Below, piece after piece: positions 28,401 to 40,400 of a stretch of DNA of 64,000 nt (position 1 is the stretch's first letter; every line of letters begins with the position of its first letter). The stretch is from positions 665,146 through 729,145 of the forward strand of contig MU054400.1 of assembly GCA_013239625.1 (NCBI GenBank), given 5' to 3'. This DNA comes from Lama guanicoe. Lineage: Eukaryota. Below the pieces are notes generated by a model. That model had not been told where the DNA came from, did not search any database, and saw only the letters and a list, made by a program, of their open reading frames with translations. Made by a program: the position numbers and the translations under genes.

Positions 28401-31400
28401 AGAGAAGAGAGAATAGAGCTATATAGAAATAAGCTTTCTGCATCTCACTGGAATTAGGTTGGTGTAAGTCTGAAGTAGATTCTAAGATACATGTGGTAAG
28501 CCCTCAAGCAACCATTAAGAAGATAACTCAAAATGTGGTGACAAATACCATTACCAGGGGAAAATGTTACACTAGAAGATACTCACTTAATGCAAAAGAA
28601 ACCAATAAAGGAGGATTAATATTAACAAAAAAGACATGAGACATACAGAAAACTAAAGTAAAAATGGCAGACATAAATCCAGTTATATTGATAATAACAT
28701 TAATGTGAATGGATTAAACAAAAAAAGCAGAGATTTTCAAACTGAATTTTTTAAAAGGATCCAACTTTATGCTATCTTAAGGAAACAGACTTTAGGATCA
28801 AAGATACAATTGGGCTGAAAGTAAAAAGATGGAAAAAATACTAGATAGCAGCCATAGAGAGAGACTATGGATGATCCCTGAGGGGTCTTTGAAACAGGAC
28901 TTGTCCTAAAACCTAGCTAACCAGAATGAGTGGCAGGCCACCTACTACCAGACATTCACAGAACTTAGTGAAATTATGGATCATGGTTTCTGATTATGTA
29001 TGATCCCAAATGATCACTTATGGAGATAAGTCACTTATGGCTACAATTTTAAGGAGATCCGAGTCTAAAGGTCTAATAAAGAGTCATAAGATCTATCCTT
29101 TGACTTAGGCAGAGCATCCTGTACTCCGTAACATATTCCTGTGACTAATGCTGCAGCCCGTCCTTGCCAGAAAAGGCCCAGCCTGCTGGATGAAGGGACA
29201 ATAGGAGAAGAGGCATTGATGGCATCCTTTTTCCCTCAACTCTGAGGACAGAGTTGCAGGGAACAGAAGTGGAAGACCATTGTGGCTAGTGAATTTGGGA
29301 GTCTGAAAATGAGTAGTTGCAATTTTCATCCCCAGCTCTTTTCATTTTTATTAAAGATTTCATTCATACCTGTGAAAAGCTCTGCCATGAAGGAGACTGT
29401 GGACCATGCTCTCGCACATCAGTTATTTCCTGCAGATGCTCTTTCAGAACGAAGGTAAATCCTAAACAATGCTAGAGTTGTTGCCACCACTGCCTTTTAA
29501 GTTGGTGATTATGGGAGGGAAGGAATCAAAATAACCTCAGGTTTATTCCTATTATACTATGTGTGATTCATTCAATCCAGCCAGTGTATACCGACACCTA
29601 CTATGGACCAGTTGTAAGACAGGTATGGGGGGTTCCAGCATTCAAAGCTCAGAGGCCAGTTACAGGCTTAGGGCTCTTATGTATATGAGTAGCTCTACCA
29701 AATACAAGTGTGGTAATGCCAGATATCAGAAGAGAAGACCAGTAGCACCACTGCAAGCAGTTAGCTAACCAGGAAGTGAGAGGGAACACAGTCCGCAAGA
29801 TCACCCTCACTGCTGACACTCACTGCAAGAGTTTGAGTTTAGACAGTTGCTGAATTAGGGTAGCCACATGACCGCCCTCACCTCTGATACCAGCTACAAT
29901 CCAGTGGTTCCCCAAGACCACCCTCAAGTTTTGATAATTTGCTAGAAGGACTCATGGAACTCATTGAAAACTCATGATTACAGTTGATTACAGAGAAAGA
30001 ATACAGATGAAAATCAACCAAAGGAAGAAGCACATAGGGCAGAATGCGAGAAAGTACAAAATACAAAGCTTCCAGTTGTCCTCTCACCATGCAGTTGAAA
30101 CAGCGTTGTTTTCTCAGCACCCATGTGTGACTGTGTGCATGGATTGTTGGCAACCAGAGAAGCTCATCCACGTGAGCCTGGGTGTTCAGTTTTTATTGGG
30201 GCTCCGTCATGTAGCCATGGTTGACTGCCCGTGTGGCTGATCTCATTCTCTAGAAGACCACTAATACCGTGTGACCCAGAGCCCACACCCTAAGTCACAT
30301 CATTGGTCTTCCTTGTGTGGCCAGCCTGTACCCTGAGTCATATTAGACTATCTGGTGATCCAAGGCCCCAGGCAAATAATGACCGTCTTATCAAGCTTGA
30401 TATTCCAGGGGTTTAGAGATTACCTCCTAGAAGCCAATGGAAAAGTCGAGACCTCTCTTCGGATAATGCTAATTCTTCACTATACAACTCTTTCATCAAT
30501 TTCTACTTTCTCCCTGGGACAATCTTTATTGGACTATGTGTTATAGAAAAGGGTTATCTTACCATTTTGGAATTTAGTGCCCATTCTTGTGTCTGTAACT
30601 AGAAGAGGAAAGGAAGCTTTCCTGTAGAAGTCTTTGGGTAATCCAACTTGTGGAACATACAGAATATTGATCTGTCCTGCTCTCTGACCTACTTCTGGTC
30701 ATTTCAGTGCATATCAGCACCTGTCTCAGCAGACCACAGGCCAGGTAGAGAGAATTCTGAGTAGTTGGTTCTGTTTGTTAAATACAGCCCAAGGTCTGGG
30801 TAGCAGCTGACTTAAATGATTCTGAGGATATACTCCATAAATTTGGAGCTAGCTTAATAGGTAAGCTTCAGAATTAAAGGAAAAGAATATCAGAATAGTG
30901 CAATTTACGTGTGACAAAAGTTGTATGAGGATATGTAGAGTTTTTTCCTGAAAGAAATCACAGAATACATGGGGAAGTAAAGGTATTTTGAATGTCAGGT
31001 ACAGGACCACTTTATGCTTTGTAAATACTGACTTGAAGACTGTGTAAGATACGATGATTCAGTAATCGTAAATTTAATAAAACCTAGAGGTGCTCTTTGT
31101 GAACAAGAATTACAAACAGGGTTGGGACCTACAGGCTAGAAGTGACTACTGTCAATTGCTTCTTTCTCCCCGGCAATCCCATTTTCTGTCTCTGTGTTTT
31201 TTGCTTCTCATTCACTCACTATCGTCACTCCCTCTAATAGTGGACCCCATGGCTGAAAAACTATGTGTAAATTGAATTTTTGCAAATAGAAGTCTTATTC
31301 TAAAATTGCTGGAGGAGCTCACTATCAGTATGAATTCTGTTAAACAGTTTGACAAAGTGAAAGATGTTTTTGAAACACTTGATAATCACCTAATTATTCA

Positions 31401-34400
31401 GCCAGATTTTTCATAAAATGTCTTTTATGGAATGAGCTTTTCCATGGAAGTGAGGTTTCTAAATAAACAAAACTTACATCTTAAAGCTTCAAAGATTGTT
31501 CTCTTGTAATCATTGGTGGGAATCTTTGAGAAATATATGCTGTATCTTACTACCTCTTAACAGAGAATACTGTATTTAAGGGTTTTTTTGGTAATTCATA
31601 TTTATTATAAGGATTTATGGGACCTCTGCCTTTCCCTGCAGTTGAAGATATCACTCCAGCTTGTCATTTCTTTTGTACAGTCCAGTATTTGCATTAGCTG
31701 GAGCACTCACTCAAGCAGTTTCATGAGTCACGTTTGCTTTATATCTCTAGAGCATATGGGGAGTTTTTTCATATGATTGAACCCAGCCAGCTTATTTAAT
31801 TATCTAAAACATCTTTCTCGCCAAGAAGCTGCACTTTCTTAGACATCTTCATGTCTTTTATCAACTCTAGCACCTGCCCCTTTCTTTTCAGTGTCATTTT
31901 CACTAAGAAGAAATTTTTTTTATCATTTTGCTTATTTCTGAGTACATGGCAACCTGTACATGACATCAAAGCCAAGTTCAGGTGTAGATGCCAAGCCACC
32001 AGCCAGGCTGAGTCTCTGTCAAGTGCCTCACTCACTCTCCACATAGCAGCCTCACCACACATTGTTGAGGCACATGTGTCAGCAAAATTACACGCGATAG
32101 ACCTTTGGGGCCATTCACACGTAATTGAAACCATGAAAGTAGAATTTCAAAGGCCAGAGGACTTCTGTATTCCACTTTGCTGCAGTTCAGCAGCATTGTC
32201 AGGCTGCCCTTGAGTATGTAGAGCTGTTTGCCCCTGCATTAAATGGTACCTGATTGTTACATATTTTCAATTCTTTCATCTGCTTTTCATGGCTTTTTCT
32301 GTCTGTACCCTTCCCAGACAGGTGTTTCTCTTTGCTTTGTGTACCTTTAGCAGTCCTTCTTTTCATTCAGATTTTATAATACCTAATCTGCTCAGTTTGG
32401 AGGCCAGTCCACAAAGAATGTTACAGTTATATTTGCGTGAAAAATCATTAGACCTAGGGCCCTGTTGTGAGTAAAGCATATTAATACAGAGATGGAACTG
32501 ATCTCGCTCCAGATAGGTGAAGGTGGTGAATAAGTGACTGCCAGAGAGCACGATATTTGGGATATGCTTGTTACATTTAGCATTATACTACAGTGGTATT
32601 GTTTCTTTTATTCCTAAAGTAGTTACTATTCCTTTTTTTTTTTCCATAGGAGCTTCCATGTACCAGTCTCAAAAGTGAAGGTATGACTGGAAAGGGGCTT
32701 GAGGGAACTTTCTGGGGTAAAGTTTTACATCTTGATAGGGGGATGGATTATGTATCTGTCAAAATTCAGTGGAGGTACACTTAAGATTTGTGCCCTTAAT
32801 TATATGTAATTTTTTGCCTCAAAAGAAAAAAAACATTGAATTCTAGTTAATGAAATGCTGAGAAATATAAGGAAAATATATTCATGTGTGTAGTTTACTT
32901 TGAAAAGCATCCAAAATTAAGATAAACTGATGGGTGGATAGAAGAATGGATAGTTATGTGAAGAAGTAATTAATGGTAGAATCTAGGTAGTGGACACATA
33001 TAGGTGTTCACTGTAAATTTGTTTCAACTTTTTTTATGTTTGAAAATTTTCATAATAAAATGTTGGTACAGAAAGGGAAGGTAAATGACATCTAATGAAA
33101 CAAAATTTTTACAAACTGACTCTGATGCTTGATCCCCTTAAGGCTTGATAGGACCATTGGATACGTGAACAGGGCAGCCTTCTTAACCTTGAGGCATAGA
33201 ATAGTGTCTCTTCCTTTGTCCTTGATCCTGATATTCCACTTTATTATGGTTCCATCCCTGCTTTGGTAACCATTACATAGTCTTTGTTTAAACTGCTTTA
33301 AAACCATTTTGGAAAAGTGATAGAAGATAAACTTGTACAAAATAAAAGCTCTTATTCTGGTCAAGAAGAAAGCTATTATTATATAGGATGCTCCTGGCTA
33401 CATGTATCTAAAAACCCAAGGAAAGGTGACTTGAGCTATAAGAGGGTTTACTGTCTCTCATGACGGAAAGTCTGGAGGAAGAACAAGTCCAAGGTTGGTT
33501 AGTTCCAAACCCAATGATTCCAGGACTCCAGTTCAGCTTCCTGCAGTTTTCTTGGTTTTCCCCTCATGGGTATAACTTAGCTACAGCAATTTCACACATT
33601 GAGTTCTCTCACAACAGCAACTAAAGAAAAGAAAGGAAGATTCTTAATCTTCTCTTCCTTCTGTATAGCACAGGGAACTATATTCAATGTCTTGTAGTAA
33701 CCTATAATGAAAAGGAATATGAAAACAAGTATATGGATGTATATGGATGACTGAAACATTATGCTGTGTGTTGTAAACTGACTATATGTCAGTTAAAAAA
33801 AAAAAACAGCAGGGAAAACAGTCCTGAAAGACCTTCAATACACTTTGTATCACATGCTCCTGCCTAAACCCTTCACTAAAAAGGGGAATGAAATTACCAC
33901 GAAAGGCTAGCCTATTCAGCATTCACCCCTGGAACTGAGGAGCACATGGGTGCCCAATATCTGGACAGAAGTAGGGATCTGTTAGTCTGAAGAAGGTAGA
34001 GAATGGCTGAATATCTGCCTCAAATATATGAATATTTGACATAACCAGAATGTATCTTCTCAAAACCACAGTCAAAATTTTGGTTATTAAATACATAATT
34101 TGAAAAACTTACAACATTAATATAATTTTAAAGTAAAAAAATTAATTAAACAATATAAAGCAAAAAGTAGAAACACACCCTTACCTCATTCTCCCCTCCT
34201 AGTTCTACTGCTTTGATGAAACCACATCATTGGTTGGGTATGAGTCTAGATCTTTTTCTGTATTCATACAGGTGTATGCACGTGCTATTATGCTTTTGTT
34301 TTTGCCCTAAGCTTAGGTTCTTACTAAACATACTGTCTGGAACTTGGGTTTTCTTCCCCTCGATAATATATCAAAGACATTTTTCCATGTCATTGTGTGC

Positions 34401-37400
34401 AGCTCTCTCTCTTTGGAGTATTCCGTATGTGGATATGCCATAGTATAGTTCAGCCATGCCCATTTGGTGGTCATTTACCTTCCCTCCAGTTTTTCCCTGT
34501 TACAGATAATGCGGTAACCGTCTTGTCCCACTTTTTTAAAGTTTGTGATGAAAAATTTCAATCATATGTAAAAGTAGAGAGACTAGTATAATGAATCCCT
34601 GCATACCTGTCACCCATCATCAACGGTTGTCAGCATTTTGCCTGTCTTGGTTTATCCATTGCTCCCTTTCCTATTTTTAATTTTCACTGAAGTACTTTGA
34701 AAACAAATCCCAAATATTTCACCCATAAATGCTTCAGCACCTTTATTGAGATAAAATTCACAAAACAAACAGTAAAACATTTTAAAGTGTATAATTCAGT
34801 GGCATTTAGTACCTTCACAATGTTGTAAAACTATCACCTATGTCTAGTTCTAAAATATGTTCATCACCCCAAAAGGAAACCCTTTGTTTATTACATTTTC
34901 ATTCCCCACTCACTCCTCCCCCCATCTTTAAGGTTCATCCACTTTGTAGCATGTGTCAGTACTTCATTTCTCTTTATGACTGAATAATATTCATTTATGT
35001 GTATACTACAGTTTGTTTATCTGTTCATCTGTTGATGGACATTTGGATTCTTTCCTTCTTTTGACTGTTGTGACTAGTGCTGCTGTGAAATATCTGTATG
35101 CAAGCTTTTGTTTGAGTACCTGTTACAAATTCTTCTGGGTACACATCTAGGGGTAGAATTGCTGGATTATATGTTAATGCTAGGTGGAATTTTTTAAAGA
35201 ACTGCCATATTGTGTTTTTTTTTGTTTTTTGTGTGTTTTGTTTGTTGGGTTTTTTTTGTTTTTTTGTGTGTTTTGTTTGTTGGTTGGTTTGTTTGTTTTG
35301 CACCATGCCTGGAGGTACTGTAATATGAGGTTGACACATGGACTGGACAGAGCAAGTTCCTATTCCAACTCCCTGCTCCAAAAATCCATTTAATATATTG
35401 TCCTCAGATAGAGGACGTATCAGATACTGAATCAGATACTACGCTTGATCTTAGCCCAAAGGCCAAGAAGCAACTGCCATATTGTCTTCTACGATAGTTA
35501 CATTATTTTACACTCCCACTAGTAATGTATGAGGGTTTCAGTTTTTCCACATCCTCTCCAACACTTGTTATTTTCTGTTTATTATTATTACTATTATTAT
35601 TATCACCATCCTAAGTGGGTATGAAATGATAAAATTATTGTGGTTTTTACTTACATTCCCTAATAACTAATGATGTTGGACTTTTTTTTCCATGTACTTG
35701 GCCATTTGTATATCTGCTTTGGAGAAAAATCCTTTGCCCATTTTTTAATTGAAATGTCTTTTTATCATTAAATTGCAAGAATTCTTTATATGTTTTGGAT
35801 CCTAGACCCTATGAGATATATGATTTGCAAATATTTTCTCCCATTATGTTGTTGTCTTTTTCACTTTGTTGATGGTGTCCTTTGATCACAAAAGCTTTTA
35901 ATTTTGATCAAGTTTAATTTATGTTTTTTCTTTGGTTGTTTGTGCTTTTAATATTCTGGCTACTTTTGAAAGTATATCTGTAGGAAGGATTCCTTAAAAT
36001 GAAATTGCCACTTAAATTTTTGATAGATGCATATATACTCGAAAAGTTTATATTCCTATCCACTAAGTGTTTATGTACCTTTTTCTCCACACCTTTACCC
36101 ATATCACTTACTAATCAGTCTTCCTATTTTCTTCTCTTTTCCTTCTGGTTTTGTTGAGTTATAATTGACATATAGCACTATGTAAGTTAAAGCATATAGC
36201 TAATAATCTGACTTACGTCATGAAATTATTATCATAAGTTTAGTGAACATTTGTCACCTCATGTAGATACAGAATGAAAAAAATAAAAAAGAATTTTGTG
36301 TGTGATGAGAACTCTTAGGATTTACTCTCTTAACAACTTTCATATATAACACATAGCAGTGTGAATTATATTTATTGTGTTAGACCTTACATCCCCAATA
36401 CTGATTTATCTTATTATAATAACTGGAAGTTTGTACCTTTTGAACTACCTTCATCCAGTCCGACCCCCCCGCCTCCTTTTCTGGTAACACGTCTGATCTC
36501 TTTTTCTGTGAGTTTGTTTGTGTGTTTTTTTTCAAGTAAAATTGAGCTGTAGCACTATATTAGTTCCTGTTACAGAACATACTGATTTTTTTCTGTACAT
36601 TTCAAGATGATCACCACAGTAAGTCTAGTTATAATATGTCATCATACAAAGATATTTTTATCTTTTATCTATATTTTATCTATATATCTTTATATACTTA
36701 GTTATTAACTATATTCCTCACACTGACTTTATACCCATGACTCACTGATTTTGTAACTGGAAGTTTGTGCCTCTCCCTCACCTATTTCTTTCTTGCCCCC
36801 ACTCCCACTCCCCTGGCAACCACCTGTTGTCTGTATCTATAGCCATTTTGTTATGTTTGTTCTTTTTTTTTTTTTTTTTAGATTCCATGTGTAAGTGAAA
36901 TCATGCAGTATTTGTCTTTCTCTGTCTGACTTATTTCACTTAGCGTAATATCCTCTAGGACTATACATGTTGTCACAAATGGCAAGGTTTCATTCTTTTT
37001 TTATGGCTGAATAATACTCATTTGTGTGTGTGTGTGTGTTTATAACACATATTGTTTTAATCTGCAGTTAGTCCTTTACTGCAGGTATACTGATGTATTT
37101 TAAAGGCTCTTCATTGGAATATGACCATCTTTTACTTTACTTAGCCTTTGTCCCACTATGGACCTTTAGCCTAATGTTGCATTTTTACTGGCTAAGTTAA
37201 ATGTTACTCTAGAGTAAAATTTGAGTTTTCTGTTTCTTTTTTTTTTTAATTGAAATTTAGTTGAATATTGGGTTAGTTTCTAGTATACAGCATAGTGATT
37301 CAGTAATACATATGTATCTTTTTAATTCTAGGTTATTGCAAGATATTGAATGTAGTTCCTTGTGCTATACATTAGGACTTTGTTGTTTATCTATTTGGTA

Positions 37401-40400
37401 TATAGAAGTTTGTATCTACTAATTCCAAACCTCTAATTTATCCATCCCCCATCCTTTTCCCCTTTGGTAACCGTAAGTTTGTTTTCTATGTCTGTGAGTC
37501 TGTTTCTTGCTTTGTGAATAAGTTCACTTAGATCTTTCTCTTTTTTTAGATTCCACATATAAGTGCTATCATATGATATTTGTCTTTATCTGACTTACTT
37601 CACTTAGTATGGTAATCTCTGGGTCCATCTATGTTGCTGCAGATGGCATTATTTCGTTCTTTTTTATGGCCGAGTAATATTCCCTCCCATATATATACCT
37701 TATTTTCTTAATCCATTCATTTGTCGATGGACATTCAGGTTGCTTCCATGAGTTGGCTGTTGTAAATAGTGCTGCATGAATATTGGGGTGCATGTATCTT
37801 TTCTAATTAGAGTTTTCTTCAGACATATGCCCAGGAGTGGGATTGCTGGATCATATGGTGACTATTTTTAGTTTTTAAAGGAACCTTCATACTGTTTTCC
37901 ATAGTGGCTCACCAAACTACATTCCCACCAACAGTGTAAGAGGGTTCCCTTTTCTCCACACTCTTTACAGCATTTATTGTTTGTGGACTTTCTAATGATG
38001 GCCATTCTGACGAGTGTGAGGTGATACCTCATTATACTTTTGATTTACATTTCTTTAATAATTAACGAAATCGACCATCTTTTCATGTGCCTATTGGCCA
38101 TCTGTATGTCTTTGAAGAAATGTCTATTTAGGTCTCCTACCCACTTTTTGACTGAGTTGTATTTTGTTGTTATTGAGTTGTGTGAGCTATTTTTATGTTA
38201 TGGAAATTAAGCCCTTGACAGTCACATAATTTGCAAATATTTTTTCCCAGTCCATAGGTTGTCTTTTTGTCTTATTTATGATTTCCTTTGCTGTGCAACA
38301 GCTTATGTTCCATTAGGTCCTGTTTATTTATTTTTGCTTTTATTTTGATTGCCTTGGGATACTTGACCTAGGAAAACATTGCTATGATTTATGTTAGAGA
38401 ACGTTTTGCCCATGTTTTCTTCTAGGTGTCTTGTCTTATGTTCAAGTTTTTAAGCCCTTTTGAGTTTGTTTTTTTGTATAGTGTGAGGGAATGGTCTAAA
38501 TAACTTCATTCTAACATAACATTCTAACATTCTTTGTTCTAACATGCATGTGGCTGTCCATCTTTCCCAATACCACTTGCTGAAGAGACTGTCTTTTCTC
38601 CATTATATATTCTTGCCTCCTTTATCAAAGGTTAATTGACCGTAGGTGTGTGGGTTTATTTCTGGACTCTCTATTCTGTTCCATTGATCTGTATGTCTGT
38701 TACTGTGCCAGTACCACACTGTTTTGATTACTGTAGCTTTGTAATAATGTCTGAAGTCTTGGAAGTTTATTCTTCCAGCTTTATTCTTTTTCTTCAGTAT
38801 TGCTTTGGCAATTCTGAGTCTTTTGTGATTCCATATAAATTTCAGGATTATTTGTTCTAGTTCTGTGAAAAATGTCCTGGGTAATTTGATAAGGATCACA
38901 TTAAATCTGTAGATTGTTTTGGGTACTATGGCCATTTTAACAATATTAATTCCTCCAGTCCACGAGTGTGGAAGGGGGAGGGTATAGCTAGGAAGTAGAG
39001 TGTGTGATTAGCATGCTGGGTTCAGTCCCCAGAACCTCCACTAAAAAATAAAATTTAAAAAATTGATTTAAAAAAAATTAAAAAGCATAAGATATCTTTC
39101 CATTTCTTTAAAACATCTTTAATTTCTTTTATCAGTGTTTTATAGTTCTCAAACCTGCCTCCTTGGTCAGGTTTATTATTAAGGTTTTTTTTGCTTGTTT
39201 TTTTTTTTTTAAAGAACAAACAATTCCATAATTTATATGGAACCATAAAAGACCCCAAATTGCCAAAGCAGTCTCTTATAGGTCTTTTCTTTTTCTCTTT
39301 CTTCTTTTTGTTACTAAGTTTTTTGTGTGTGTGTGCAGTTTTAAAAGGGATTATGTTATACTTTCCTTTTCTGATATATCATTGCTAGTGTAAAGAAATG
39401 CAACAGACTTCTGTAAGTTAATTTTATATTCTACTACCTTATTGAATTTGTTTATCAGTTCTAGAAGTTTTTGTGTGGAGTCTTTAGGGTTTTCCATATA
39501 TAGTATCATGTCATTTGCATACAGTGACAGTTTTACCTCTTCCCTTCCAATTTGGATCCCTTTTATTTCTTTTTCTTCTCTGGTTGCTGTGACTAGGACT
39601 TCCAAAACTGTGTTGAGTAGAAGTGGTGAGAGTGGGCATCCTTGTCTTGTTCCAGATTTTAGCAGGAAGGCTTTCAGCTTTTCACCATTGAGTATTATGT
39701 TGGCTGTGGGTTTGTCATAGATAGCTTTTATTATGTTGAGATATGATTCCTCTATGTCCACTTTGGTAAAAATTTTTATCATGAATGGATGTTGGATTTT
39801 ATCAAAATTTTTTTGCATCTATTGAGATGATCATGTGGCTTTTGTCTTTTGTTGGTGTGGTGTATCATGTTGATTGATTAGCATATGTTGAATCATCCTT
39901 GTGACCCTGGAATGAATCCATCTTGATCTCAGGGTATGATCTTTTTTATGTGTTGTTGGATTCAGTTTGCTAACAATATTTTGTTGAGAATTTTTGCGTC
40001 TATATTCATCAGAGATATTGGCCTATAATTTTCTGTTTTGGTAGTGTCTTTGTCTTGTTTTGGTATCAGGGTGATAGTGGCTTCATAGAATGACTTTGGG
40101 AGTGTTCCTTCCTCTTCAGTCATTTGGAAGAGTTTGAGAAGGATCAGTTCTTCTTTGTTTGTTTGGTAGAATTCCCCAGTGAAGCCATCTGGTCCTGGAC
40201 TTTTGTTTGCAAGTTTTTTTTAATACTATCACATCTTCTTTATCCATTCATCTGTCAGTAGGCACTTGGGTAGTCTGCCTGTTTTTTTTTTCTATTTTTT
40301 TTCACAGTCTGACAAGTAAAAAATGATCTTATTTTAGTATGGGTTTCCACCATAACTAATTTATTTACATTATTATCTTTGTATTTCTTTAGCCTGTAGT

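Noticed and set aside
35300..35473. Functional U2 snRNA gene
   Set aside because: It has an A tail, TSD, substitutions and an internal deletion, and is embedded in L1 with no snRNA promoter context.
38603..39818. Reverse-transcriptase-like ORFs as a novel RT system or active element
   Set aside because: Ordinary L1 ORF2 remnants: 5'-truncated, broken by stops and a SINE, with catalytic (F/Y)ADD decayed to YAND.
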